Assembly (NCBI GenBank): GCA_965661685.1
Contig: CBFIET010000122.1
Location: forward strand, 93,106-157,105
Reading direction: 5' to 3'
DNA: 64,000 nucleotides
Origin: Planctomycetota bacterium
GTDB lineage: Bacteria; Planctomycetota; UBA8108; UBA1146
Under the pieces are notes generated by a model that ran no database searches, had not been told where the DNA came from, and worked only from the letters and a program-made list of their open reading frames with translations. Both the position numbers and the translations under genes were made by a program. This document shows positions 47,772 to 57,762 of the stretch, piece by piece (the first letter of the stretch is position 1; each line of letters starts with the position of its first letter).

Positions 47772-49460
47772 TTATTGATCGCTACTGGTGTCGAGTTCAA
47801 CCAGATGCCAGCGTACATGATTGCCCTGAACATCGTCGCACATTCCGGTGGCATTGAAGTTCTTGACGTACGGTTTCAACAACACCGTCTCACGACCGAA
47901 GAGCAGCACCAGCCAGGGACTGTCTGCCAGGATTCGTTGCTCAGCCTCCTGCAGCAGGGCGATCCGCGTATCCATGTCGGTCACCAGGTTTGACTGATCG
48001 AGCAACTGGTCCACCTTTTCATCGCCGTAGAAGGAGACATTTCCATTGGGTCCCTTGTTCCTGGAATGGAAGAGGAAGGTGAGGAAATTCTCCGGATCGG
48101 GGTAATCCGCCACCCAGCCGAGGCGGAAGAAGGGAGGTTCCCCCGAATCGGTCGCCTCGATGAACGCACCCCAGTCGAGCATTTTCAAGTCGATGGGGAT
48201 GCCGACCGCTTTCAGATCCTGCTGCACCGCCTGAGCGATCTTGGCATTGTCGCCCTGGGTGTTGAACCACAGGTCGACCGGCTTCAGCCCTTCACCGCCA
48301 GGGTATCCCGCCTCCGCCAGCAGCGCTTTGGCCCCATCGGGGTCGTGACTGTATGCGGGTCGAGACGCATCGTGACCACGGATTCCCGGCGGCAGGATTC
48401 CGTTGGCGGGGTAGAAACGCCCCTCCAGCAGAACATCTCCCAGGAACGTACGGTCCACTGCCAGGTTCACCGCTTCGCGCAATTTCCGGGCAGAGTCGGA
48501 GTCCCCCGCATAGGGGGATCCTTCCTTTTCCAGGTTGAATCCGTAGTACTGCACCGCCAGCGATGGCCAGCTCTTGACCTCGTTGGCGCGGTTCGACTTG
48601 CTCCACTTCGGGTAGATCCCCTGGGTGACTGCCAGTACATCGAAGTTGCCCGCCTTGTACTCTTCAAGCTGGGCAAGAGGCTCCGGAATGACACGGTAGT
48701 GGATTCCTGACAGCTTTGGAGCCCCCTCGAAGTAGTCCGGATTGGCCTGTAGCTGCAGCGACACACCCTCCTTCCACTCTTCCAGGATGAAAGGACCTGT
48801 GCCGATCGGTGATCTTGAAAAGCGATCTCCCACCTCTTCGACGACAGCGCGTGGCACCACTGCGGTGTTGACCATGGCGAGATTGTAGATGAAGGGTGCA
48901 TGAGCTTGATTGAGGGTGATCCGTAACTGCCGCTCCCCCAGCACCTCGATACCGGAAATTTCGGGAGAGACCTGCGGATTGCTACGAGAATCCTTGATCG
49001 CATTTTTGGCTCCGACGATCGGCTCGATCAGATTGGATCGCTTCGAACGGACCGATGCGAGCCTCTGCAAACTGTACTTGAAATCTGCAGCGGTAACGGC
49101 GGTTCCGTTACTGAAACGAATCCCTTCACGGATGGTGAAATCGTAGCGGGTGCCATCTTCGGAGATTGTCGGCATCGACTCGGCGAGACACGGTTCCAGT
49201 TCCAGTTGAGGATCGTAGTCGAGCAGGGTATTGAAGATCTTGGAGGCAACTCCATCCGAGGTGGTGTCGGAGACCAGGATCGGATCGAGATCAGGCGGGT
49301 TCGTCATCAGGGGAACCCGAAAAATACCGTCCGGACTCGGCGCAGAAACGCTGACGATCTCGGTTGAGTTGCTGGCACCGGTACATCCGGCAATGAGACA
49401 GATGGCCACTACCAGCAGGGAACCGTTGGCAACTCGAATCCAGTCGGTAATCTTGGACAT
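47772..49460 (-). CDS. ABC substrate-binding lipoprotein, family 5; start ATG 49460 behind an AGGAG SD (the ORF's upstream extension to 49586 is not used)
   Basis: MSKITDWIRVANGSLLVVAICLIAGCTGAS lipobox. SBP_bac_5 architecture. Confidence 0.8.
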   Translation of the reverse strand: MSKITDWIRVANGSLLVVAICLIAGCTGASNSTEIVSVSAPSPDGIFRVPLMTNPPDLDPILVSDTTSDGVASKIFNTLLDYDPQLELEPCLAESMPTISEDGTRYDFTIREGIRFSNGTAVTAADFKYSLQRLASVRSKRSNLIEPIVGAKNAIKDSRSNPQVSPEISGIEVLGERQLRITLNQAHAPFIYNLAMVNTAVVPRAVVEEVGDRFSRSPIGTGPFILEEWKEGVSLQLQANPDYFEGAPKLSGIHYRVIPEPLAQLEEYKAGNFDVLAVTQGIYPKWSKSNRANEVKSWPSLAVQYYGFNLEKEGSPYAGDSDSARKLREAVNLAVDRTFLGDVLLEGRFYPANGILPPGIRGHDASRPAYSHDPDGAKALLAEAGYPGGEGLKPVDLWFNTQGDNAKIAQAVQQDLKAVGIPIDLKMLDWGAFIEATDSGEPPFFRLGWVADYPDPENFLTFLFHSRNKGPNGNVSFYGDEKVDQLLDQSNLVTDMDTRIALLQEAEQRILADSPWLVLLFGRETVLLKPYVKNFNATGMCDDVQGNHVRWHLVELDTSSDQ

Positions 49461-49949
49461 GGGAAGACACTCCTCTTTCCTTCGATGACACTCTTCAGGG
49501 ATGGTCACCTTACAGTAAACGATTGCCGTTTTCAGTTGGAGATCGGCCGGGAATCCAGAATCATCGAGAGCCCCATCTCGTCGCACGGAAGTTCCAGAAA
49601 CAGCCCCCCTGGTACTTCCACGAGCCTATTATTCAGCGCATCCGCTTCCTCGGATCAGCGCCAAGAAACAGCCATTCACCGGAAATCTGGCCGCTGCTCC
49701 ATGAGGGGATCGACCCGATTGATCGCCACCACCGATCTACTGACCGCCAGCCGACGCCTTCATCTCCTTTGATTACACCGCTCATCGCCGCTGGTATTCC
49801 TGCCGGCAGCCGGTCCCCTGTCAGCAACCCCGGATGGCGCATTGCCGTGCTACTTCGCACAAGGTAACTTATCCGCTCCCTTGACTTTGGAAACCGATCG
49901 ATCGAATCGATCACCCCACGACAGTCTCGAATTCCCGGAAGAGGAAACC

Positions 49950-51875
49950 ATGAGATCGACCGCTCCCTGGTACAACTCTCGTCCCCTCGCCCTGCTCCTG
50001 TCGAGTTTCATCCTGATTGCAGGCTGCACCTCGGGTGGCGACGATGGCACGGGAGGCGCGAGCAACGTTTCCAAGCCGCCGGTGGTGACCCGCACCACCG
50101 TCTCCAGCAACACGCGCCCCGTGGAACCTGAAATAGACCTGACGATTCCGACGGGAGAGCCGAACCCTCCCTTCGTCGGAACCCTCACTTCGGATGCCCA
50201 GATCGAGAATCGCACCGGCACCTACGGCGGACGATTTGTCTACGCCATCCTCGGAGAGGTGGAGACCTTCAATCCGGTGGAGCCCAAGGGGGCCACCGAC
50301 CAGGAGATCCGCTCGCTCGCCTTCTCGTCGCTGGTTGGCTACAGCAATGGCAACTGGGAAACGGGACCGGAACTGGCAAAATCGTGGGAAGTCTCTTCCG
50401 ACAACCTCACCTGGACCTTTTTCCTCCGGGAAGGAATCGAGTGGAGCGACGGCACTCCTCTCACCGTCGAGGATGCACTCTTCAGTTTCCAGGCAGTCTT
50501 TCACGACAAGATCGCAACCAGCATCAAGGACGGCTTCAAGCATCCAAAAACAGGAGCACTGCCACAGGTCAGTATCGACCCCGAGCGCAACGCTGTGATC
50601 TTCAACCTGTCCAGGGTCGATTCGCAATTCCTCACCCATGTCGGCAACGTGAAGATCATTCCCAGACACAAGTGGAAGGACCATCTTCAGGCCGACAATC
50701 CGACTCTCCTGCAGCAGATGACTTCCGACGCCCCTCCGGAGGATCTTGTCGGTTCCGGCCCCTTCGTCCTCGTCGAGTACGTTCCTGCCGAGAAGATCGT
50801 GTACAGGCGCAATCCTCGCTACTGGAAGAAGGATGTTCGCGATCAGCGGCTCCCCTATCTCGATGAACTGGTGATCGTGCTGGTCAAGGACCTGAATCTC
50901 CAGTGGCAGAAGTTCGAGGCGGGAGAACTCGATATCTTCATGGACCTCCCTGCCGACCATTACAAGGAAGCGCTGGCGATGGAGAAATCCGGAAGCGCAG
51001 ATCTGATCCGCCTGGGAGTCAGTCTCAACAGCAACTGGGTATGCTTCAATCTGCATCCGGGGAGTGATCCCGAGACGAAGATTCCCTACGTTTCGCCCGA
51101 GAAATCGTACTGGTTCAATCAGCTCGAATTCCGCAAGGCAGTCAATCACGCCATCGACAGGGAAGGGATCCAGCGCACCGCTTTCCAGGGGCGCGCGACC
51201 CCCATCTGGTCTAGCATCACCCCTGGCAACCGCAGTTGGTACCACAAGGGAGTCCCCACCTATCCATACTCGGTCGAAAAATCGCTGGAAATCCTCGATG
51301 GTCTCGGTTGGAAGGACAGTGACGGGGATGGAGTCAGGGAAGACGACAAGGGTCGCCCCATCGTCTTCAACCTGAACACCAACGTCGAGAACAACATCCG
51401 CCAGCAGCTGGGCAACATGATCGCACAGGACCTGAAAAAGGTAGGCATCCAGGTCAACTTCAAGCCGATCATCTTCAACGATCTGGTGACCAGCCTGCGC
51501 GATAGCCACCGCTGGGACATGATCCTGCTCGGCTGGGGCTCGGGCGTCCCGCCCGACCCGGCAAACGGCAAGAACATCACCCTGTCCAGTGGACGCTTGC
51601 ACGCCTGGTACCCACAGCAGCCGGAGCCGGCCACTCCCTGGGAAGCGCGGATCGACGACCTGATGACGATGATGGATGAAGAACTCGATGACACCGTACG
51701 CAAGAAGTACTACGACGAGGTACAGGAATTGTTTTGTACCAACATCCCGATGCTGTACCTGATCGCTGCGAACAGCTACGCCACCGTCAAGAAGAACCGC
51801 ATCGGCAACCTTTGGCCAAGTGTATTGAGACCACAGTTGACGTGGAACATCGAGACGCTGTGGATCCGGCCTTGA
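49950..51875 (+). CDS. ABC substrate-binding lipoprotein, family 5; start ATG 49950 behind a GAGGAA SD
   Basis: MRSTAPWYNSRPLALLLSSFILIAGCTSGG lipobox. SBP_bac_5 architecture. Confidence 0.8.
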   Translation: MRSTAPWYNSRPLALLLSSFILIAGCTSGGDDGTGGASNVSKPPVVTRTTVSSNTRPVEPEIDLTIPTGEPNPPFVGTLTSDAQIENRTGTYGGRFVYAILGEVETFNPVEPKGATDQEIRSLAFSSLVGYSNGNWETGPELAKSWEVSSDNLTWTFFLREGIEWSDGTPLTVEDALFSFQAVFHDKIATSIKDGFKHPKTGALPQVSIDPERNAVIFNLSRVDSQFLTHVGNVKIIPRHKWKDHLQADNPTLLQQMTSDAPPEDLVGSGPFVLVEYVPAEKIVYRRNPRYWKKDVRDQRLPYLDELVIVLVKDLNLQWQKFEAGELDIFMDLPADHYKEALAMEKSGSADLIRLGVSLNSNWVCFNLHPGSDPETKIPYVSPEKSYWFNQLEFRKAVNHAIDREGIQRTAFQGRATPIWSSITPGNRSWYHKGVPTYPYSVEKSLEILDGLGWKDSDGDGVREDDKGRPIVFNLNTNVENNIRQQLGNMIAQDLKKVGIQVNFKPIIFNDLVTSLRDSHRWDMILLGWGSGVPPDPANGKNITLSSGRLHAWYPQQPEPATPWEARIDDLMTMMDEELDDTVRKKYYDEVQELFCTNIPMLYLIAANSYATVKKNRIGNLWPSVLRPQLTWNIETLWIRP

Positions 51876-51894
51876 TGGTGCTGAAGGAGTCCCG

Positions 51895-53067
51895 TTGCTG
51901 ACATTCACCATCCGGAGAATGCTCTCGATACCGCCACTGATCCTGGTGGTCTCGATGCTGACCTTCTTGCTGCTCAAAACAGCACCGGGGGATTTCTACA
52001 GCCAGATGGAAGCGGACCACACCCGCTCCCTCACCGAGGTCCTTCGTCAGAAGGAGTCCGCTGGAATCCTGGTACGACTCTCCTCGGTCGAGATGGAACA
52101 GCTCGGTGAGTTCCGCGACGATGGAGCCACCTGGCGATTCCACAACGACGGAGGCGAGACGCCGAACATCATCAAGGATGAGCAGGTGGTCGCCGAACGG
52201 AGCGCTTCGGAATTACAGAACTTCCAGATCGGCGTCACCAAGTACCAGCGTGATGACGAAGGCGTGGTCTACCGCAAGGTCGGCCCGGTGGAAGGTTTCT
52301 TTTCCTGGTTCTTCAACGCCCTCACCGGTGATTTCGGACGCTCCTACAAGTACAACCGTGAGGTCTTCGGGATCATCCAGGAACGCCTCGTCAACACACT
52401 GACCCTGTCCCTTGCTGCGCTGATCATCGCCTACGGTCTGGGCATCCCTCTCGGCGTCTTTGCCGCCGTCAAACCGAACTCCAAACTCGACCACAGCGCC
52501 GGGGTGATCGCCTTCATCGGCCTGTCAGTCCCGACCGTCTTCTCTGCGCTACTGGCCGTGATGTTTGCATCCTATACAGGTCTCTTCCCCATCGGCGAGA
52601 TGCGATCGCTCGACTACAACCAGTTGAGTCCCTGGGGCAAGTTCCTGGAACGCATCCACCACCTGATCCTCCCCTCCCTGGTACTGGGAACTTCTGCCAT
52701 GGCCGGTTACATGCGCCAGGCCCGCGGAAACATGATCGAGGCTCTGGGGCAGGATTACGTGCGCACCGCCAGGGCCAAGGGAGCGTCCCACTTCGACGTG
52801 CTCTTCAAGCACGCGTTCCGCAATGCCGTAAATCCCCTGGTCACCCTCTTCGGCTACTCCCTTGCCAGTCTTCTCAGTGGCAGCCTGCTGGTCGAGATGG
52901 TCTTCAACTGGCCCGGACTGGGGAGGCTGATCTTCGATGCCATCAGCGCCAAGGATGAACCGCTGGTGCTGGCGAGCGTGCTGATCTCCACCTTGCTACT
53001 CGTCTTTGGAAACCTGGTCGCAGACCTCCTGCTCGCCATCGTCGATCCGAGAGTGAGGCTCACCTGA
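51895..53067 (+). CDS. ABC permease (OppB-like) with periplasmic insertion
   Basis: MLTFTIRRMLSIPPLILVVSMLTFLLLKTAPGDFYSQ... C-terminal ...NLVADLLLAIVDPRVRLT. Confidence 0.8.
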   Translation: MLTFTIRRMLSIPPLILVVSMLTFLLLKTAPGDFYSQMEADHTRSLTEVLRQKESAGILVRLSSVEMEQLGEFRDDGATWRFHNDGGETPNIIKDEQVVAERSASELQNFQIGVTKYQRDDEGVVYRKVGPVEGFFSWFFNALTGDFGRSYKYNREVFGIIQERLVNTLTLSLAALIIAYGLGIPLGVFAAVKPNSKLDHSAGVIAFIGLSVPTVFSALLAVMFASYTGLFPIGEMRSLDYNQLSPWGKFLERIHHLILPSLVLGTSAMAGYMRQARGNMIEALGQDYVRTARAKGASHFDVLFKHAFRNAVNPLVTLFGYSLASLLSGSLLVEMVFNWPGLGRLIFDAISAKDEPLVLASVLISTLLLVFGNLVADLLLAIVDPRVRLT

Positions 53068-54368
53068 TGGCTAACGAGCAAGACGTAAAGGGCCTGCCAC
53101 CGCCGAGAGGACCGTGGACGATGCTGTGGCATCGCCTGCGCAAGAATCGCATCGCCATGATCGGTGCAGCGATTCTCGTCATCCTCTACACCCTCAGTTC
53201 CCTCGGTGGATTCATCTCTCCTTACGGAAAGAACGACACCAACAAGTACACCGTCAAGTACGGACCGATGTTGCTGGGCGGATACAGCATCCAGAAAGTC
53301 GAGGAGCTGGTCACCGAAGATGAAAACCTGGAAGAGGTCATCCTCAGCAGGTACGAACGAACCTGGGATTGGTTCAGGGGTGGAGTTCACTTCCACGACT
53401 CGGATGGAAACTTCAGCCTTCGACCTCATGTCCATCCTCTGGTCGAGTACAAATCGTGGGATCAGTACGGAGAATACGAGTACCTGCTCGCCGAGGACCG
53501 TAGTCGTTCGATTCCCGTCAGTTTCTTCGTCACCTCCGAAACTCCTCACGAACTGTTCAGCCTCTGTGGCTTTCTACCGGTGGAGGGGTCCACCCATCTG
53601 ATGGGCCTGGCACTGGAAGACATCCCCCAGGAACCCGACACCCATGCCGGCCTGTTCCTGCTCGGCACCGACATCCTGGGCAGAGATCTGTGGACTCGAA
53701 TCCTCTACGGCGGCCAGGTGTCGCTGTCGGTGGGCCTGATCGGAATCCTCATCAGCATCTCCATCGGCCTCGTCATCGGTGGGGTCGCCGGTTACTTCGG
53801 TGGACAGATCGACTTCTGGCTGATGCGACTGGTGGAACTGTTGCTGGCGATCCCCGGTCTGTATCTGATCCTGACGCTGCGCTACGCCATCCCCGACGAA
53901 CTGAGCCCGCGCCAGACCTACATGATGATCGTGGCGATTCTCGCCATCGTCGGCTGGGCCAGTACCGGCAGGATGATCCGCGGCATGGTGCTGAGTCTTC
54001 GAGAGAGTGAGTACGCCCTGGCAGCGAAGGCACTGGGAGGATCGTCGGCGAGGGTCATCCTCCGACACCTGCTTCCCAACACCGCCTCCATCGTCATCGT
54101 CACCGCCACCCTCTACATTCCCTACTACATCCTCGGCGAGGTGGCTCTCTCCTTCCTTGGATTCGGCATCACCGAGCCCGATTCTTCGTGGGGATTGCTG
54201 CTGAAGGATTGCCAGAACACCGAAGTGCTCAAGTTCAATCCATGGCTGATCACTCCCGGATTCTTCATCTTCATGGCGGTTCTCGCCTACAACTTCCTCG
54301 GAGATGGATTACGAGATGCAGCGGATCCAAGGGCGTTCCTCGGAGTCTCCAAGAAGGAGGGGTCCTGA
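53067..54368 (+). CDS. ABC permease (OppC-like) with N-terminal periplasmic extension
   Basis: 1-nt overlap (TGATG) with the upstream gene. TM1, a ~150-aa extracytoplasmic domain, then the BPD_transp_1 core. Confidence 0.8.
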   Translation: MANEQDVKGLPPPRGPWTMLWHRLRKNRIAMIGAAILVILYTLSSLGGFISPYGKNDTNKYTVKYGPMLLGGYSIQKVEELVTEDENLEEVILSRYERTWDWFRGGVHFHDSDGNFSLRPHVHPLVEYKSWDQYGEYEYLLAEDRSRSIPVSFFVTSETPHELFSLCGFLPVEGSTHLMGLALEDIPQEPDTHAGLFLLGTDILGRDLWTRILYGGQVSLSVGLIGILISISIGLVIGGVAGYFGGQIDFWLMRLVELLLAIPGLYLILTLRYAIPDELSPRQTYMMIVAILAIVGWASTGRMIRGMVLSLRESEYALAAKALGGSSARVILRHLLPNTASIVIVTATLYIPYYILGEVALSFLGFGITEPDSSWGLLLKDCQNTEVLKFNPWLITPGFFIFMAVLAYNFLGDGLRDAADPRAFLGVSKKEGS

Positions 54369-55804
54369 TCCAAGGTCCCCTGCTCCTGACCCTGATCAGC
54401 AGTTTCCTCTTCACTGCGGTAGAAGACCCGTCCCCTCCATCGATCCTTCTCATCGTCGTCGATGATCTCGGCTGGAAGGATCTGGCGGTGACGGGAAGTA
54501 CCTTCTACGAGACTCCCGCCATCGATGCCCTGGCAGCTTCCGGAGTCCGTTTCGATAGAGCCTACGCTGCATGCCCCGTCTGCAGCCCGACCCGTGTCAG
54601 CTTGCAAACCGGCATCCATCCGGCACGCCTCGCCACCACCGACTACTTCGGTGCTCCGGGACCGGCGAGGTGGAAACGAGCGACGACCCACCGCCCTGCA
54701 CCGTATCTCGACCGCCTACCCCTCGAACAACAAACCATCGCAGAACTGCTCGAGCCACACCGATATTCGACCTTCTTCGCCGGCAAGTGGCACCTGGGTC
54801 CGGAAGGATTCTGGCCCGAGGATCAGGGATACCAGCTCAACCGTGGCGGCTGGACACGGGGAGGTCCCTACGGAGGCAAGAAATACTTCTCCCCCTACGG
54901 AAACCCGAGACTGAAGGATGGACCGGAAGGGGAGCATCTCCCCGATCGACTCGCCAGCGAGACGATTCGCTTCATCGAAGAGCATCGTGATCGCCCCTTC
55001 CTTGCCGTTCTCAGCTTCTACTCGGTGCACACCCCACTCATCGCCCGCGACGACCTGACTCGCAAGTACCGCGAAAAGAAGAAGCAGATGGGACTGGAAG
55101 CCAGCTGGGGACGTGAAGGTTCTCGCAAGGTCAGAGAGGTTCAGGAGCACGCGGTGTATGCAGGGATGGTCGAAGCGATGGATTCCGCTGTGGGCCGCGT
55201 TCTCGACGCCCTGCAAAGGCTCGAACTCGATGACAACACCATCGTCATGCTGACCTCCGACAACGGCGGCCTCAGCACCTCCGAAGGACATCCCACCAGC
55301 AACTTGCCACTGCGAGGGGGCAAGGGTTGGATCTACGAGGGAGGGATCCGGGTACCGCTGATGGTGAGGGGTCCTGGGGTCCAGGGAACTGGCCGCCTCA
55401 TCGATCGCCCGGTCCAGAGTACCGACCTTGTCCCGACATTGCTGAACCTTGCAGGGATCCCCGCACCGGCCGACTGGAAGCCCGATGGGCACTCCTTTCA
55501 CCGTTCGCTGGCGGGACTCGAAGAAGAGAATCAACCACCACTCTTCTGGCACTACCCCCACTATGGAAACCAGGGCGGATCCCCCGCCTCGGCAGTGATG
55601 GATGGAGACTGGAAACTGGTCGAACTGCTCGAAACGAAACGGCTCGAACTCTACAACCTCGGTAGCGACCCCGAAGAATCGACGATCCTCAACTCACGCC
55701 ACCCCGAACAGGTGCAACGGCTGAAGAAGTTACTCGATGAGTGGCGAGCCGATGTTGGGGCGAGATGGCCCACACCCACCCCAGAAGAGGGGAAACAGGA
55801 CTAG
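54365..55804 (+). CDS. Cys-type sulfatase (formylglycine-dependent; arylsulfatase family). Start codon unresolved (no ATG/GTG/TTG after the upstream stop)
   Basis: ILLIVVDDLGWKD... and CPVCSPTRVSLQTG (C-x-P-x-R FGly motif). Reading frame is continuous with 54188 and overlaps the permease 3' end. Confidence 0.75.
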   Translation: MIQGPLLLTLISSFLFTAVEDPSPPSILLIVVDDLGWKDLAVTGSTFYETPAIDALAASGVRFDRAYAACPVCSPTRVSLQTGIHPARLATTDYFGAPGPARWKRATTHRPAPYLDRLPLEQQTIAELLEPHRYSTFFAGKWHLGPEGFWPEDQGYQLNRGGWTRGGPYGGKKYFSPYGNPRLKDGPEGEHLPDRLASETIRFIEEHRDRPFLAVLSFYSVHTPLIARDDLTRKYREKKKQMGLEASWGREGSRKVREVQEHAVYAGMVEAMDSAVGRVLDALQRLELDDNTIVMLTSDNGGLSTSEGHPTSNLPLRGGKGWIYEGGIRVPLMVRGPGVQGTGRLIDRPVQSTDLVPTLLNLAGIPAPADWKPDGHSFHRSLAGLEEENQPPLFWHYPHYGNQGGSPASAVMDGDWKLVELLETKRLELYNLGSDPEESTILNSRHPEQVQRLKKLLDEWRADVGARWPTPTPEEGKQD

Positions 55805-57762
55805 CGGCAATCGCCGATGGAATCGAGAGCTTGTGGATTGGCGATGCTGGTCAGATCCCCCAGCTCGGATTCTCCCAGATGGCGGGCTCGAATCAGTCTC
55901 CTGACGATCTTTGCGCTGCGGGTTTTCGGCAGATCATCGACGAAGTACACCGCCCTCGGCCGATCGACCTTGCCCAGCGATGCAACCACCTGATCGGAGA
56001 GTTGCGAACGCAGATCTTCCGTCTCGACCGTTGCCGTGTGAAGGACGACGAAACAGACCAGTTCCGTCCCCTTGAGATCATCGGGAACCCCGATCGCTGC
56101 CGCTTCACTCACCGCCGGGTGATCGATCAGTGCCGACTCGATCTCACCGGGCCCGACTCTTCTTCCTGCGATGTTGAGGGTGTCATCCGCCCGTCCGAAC
56201 AGGAACCATTCGCCTGCATCATCGACCAGTGCCCAGTCCCCGTGGTTCCAGATCCCCGGGAATCGCGACCAGTACGTATCCAGGTACTTCTCATCCGCCT
56301 GCCATAACGAGCGTGTCATCGAAGGCGCGGGATTCTTGCACACCAGGTATCCCACCTCTCCCTCCAGCGAATTGCCGTCCTCATCGAAGACATCGATATC
56401 CATGCCGAGTCCAGGCGATTGAAGGGAAGTCTCGCCGATGGGCAGGACCGGCAGCGGTGCCAGGAAGCAACCGACGATGTCGGTTCCGCCGGAGATGTTG
56501 ATGATGGGTAATCGTGATCCTCCGACCTTGTCGAAGTACCACCGGTAACTTTCAGGATCCCACGGTTCCCCGGTGGAGCCGAGGATTCGCAGGGAGTCCA
56601 TCGGGTGGGCAGCGGCGGGTGCGTCACCGGAACGCATCAGCAAGCGGATGGCGGTGGGACTGATTCCGAGGTGGGTCACGCCATAGCGCTCCACCACCTG
56701 CCACACCCGATCGGCTCCGGGGTAATCGGGTGCGCCCTCGAATACCACGAAGGGAACCCGATTCATCCAGCAACCGATGATCTCCCACGGCCCCATCATC
56801 CAACCGATGTCGGAGAACCACCAGAACAGGTCGCTGCCTCGCTGCACATCGAAGTTGTAACGGACTTCCTTGCCCATCTGGGCCATACATCCGGCATGGG
56901 TATGGATCGTACCCTTTGGTTTCCCCGTGGTGCCGCTGGTGTAGATCATCAACGCCGGATCCATCGCCCCCATCATCTCCGTCGTCGCATCACCGGACAG
57001 TCCTTCCAGTGAATCCTGCCACCACAGGTCGCGCCCCTGTCTCATCGGTGCGCCTCCATCGCCACGGCGAAGCACCACCTGATGACGGAATGAGGGCAGC
57101 CCCTCCACGGCAAGATCCGCCTGCTCCTTCAATTCAAAATGCTGGCCCCGGCGCATTCCGACATCGGCGGTGAAGAGAACCCTTGCTCCTGAATCTTCAA
57201 GACGCTCACGCACCGACGGTGCGGCATACCCGCTGAAGATGGGAATGAAGACCGCTCCCACCTTCATCGTCGCCAGCATCGCGAACACCACCTCGCCAAC
57301 CATCGGCATCAGGCACGCCACCCGGTCACCACGATTGACGCCCAGATTGACCAGCAACTGGGCCAGTTTATCGACCTCGTCCGCAGCTTCCTGAAAGGTC
57401 CAGCGCCGTGATTCCCCATCTTCCTGCTCCGCAACCAGCGCCACTTCATCGGGAGATTCAGCAGCGGGAATGTCGAGGCAGTTGAGGGCGATGCTGGTCT
57501 CCCCACCGACGAACCAGTCGCACCACTGGGGACCTTGCGATCGATCCAGTACCTGTTGATAGCGACGCGACCACACCACCCCGAGGTCATCGATGACGGC
57601 GGGCCAGAACTGTTCGGGTTCATCCTGACTCCAGCGAATGAATCGCCTCACCGACCTGGAGACATCATCCAGATCGATGGGCTGCCCCACTCGTTGCATC
57701 AGTTTTGCCACGTTGGTGTCGAGGATCTTGTCGCGGTCCGGTTTCCACAAGGCCGAGGTCAT
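55801..57762 (-). CDS. acetoacetyl-CoA synthetase (acetoacetate-CoA ligase, AMP-forming)
   Basis: N-terminus MTSALWKPDRDKILDTNVAKLM...FWPAVIDDLGVVWS typical of AACS. AMP-binding motifs YTSGTTGKPKG and IAGRRVGPGEIE. Length 653 aa. Confidence 0.8.
   Translation of the reverse strand: MTSALWKPDRDKILDTNVAKLMQRVGQPIDLDDVSRSVRRFIRWSQDEPEQFWPAVIDDLGVVWSRRYQQVLDRSQGPQWCDWFVGGETSIALNCLDIPAAESPDEVALVAEQEDGESRRWTFQEAADEVDKLAQLLVNLGVNRGDRVACLMPMVGEVVFAMLATMKVGAVFIPIFSGYAAPSVRERLEDSGARVLFTADVGMRRGQHFELKEQADLAVEGLPSFRHQVVLRRGDGGAPMRQGRDLWWQDSLEGLSGDATTEMMGAMDPALMIYTSGTTGKPKGTIHTHAGCMAQMGKEVRYNFDVQRGSDLFWWFSDIGWMMGPWEIIGCWMNRVPFVVFEGAPDYPGADRVWQVVERYGVTHLGISPTAIRLLMRSGDAPAAAHPMDSLRILGSTGEPWDPESYRWYFDKVGGSRLPIINISGGTDIVGCFLAPLPVLPIGETSLQSPGLGMDIDVFDEDGNSLEGEVGYLVCKNPAPSMTRSLWQADEKYLDTYWSRFPGIWNHGDWALVDDAGEWFLFGRADDTLNIAGRRVGPGEIESALIDHPAVSEAAAIGVPDDLKGTELVCFVVLHTATVETEDLRSQLSDQVVASLGKVDRPRAVYFVDDLPKTRSAKIVRRLIRARHLGESELGDLTSIANPQALDSIGDCR

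Noticed and set aside
49911-51977. 688-aa ORF on the minus strand
   Set aside because: Entirely antisense to a well-supported family-5 SBP lipoprotein gene (49950..51875, +), and its translation is low-complexity R/G/V-rich with no motifs. This is a typical spurious long antisense ORF in high-GC DNA. Many other 60-360-aa overlapping ORFs in the track were dismissed for the same reason (for example 1147..1878, 5389..6471, 14171..15271, 16323..17180, 27004..27861, 31719..32381, 35307..36740, 36596..37675).
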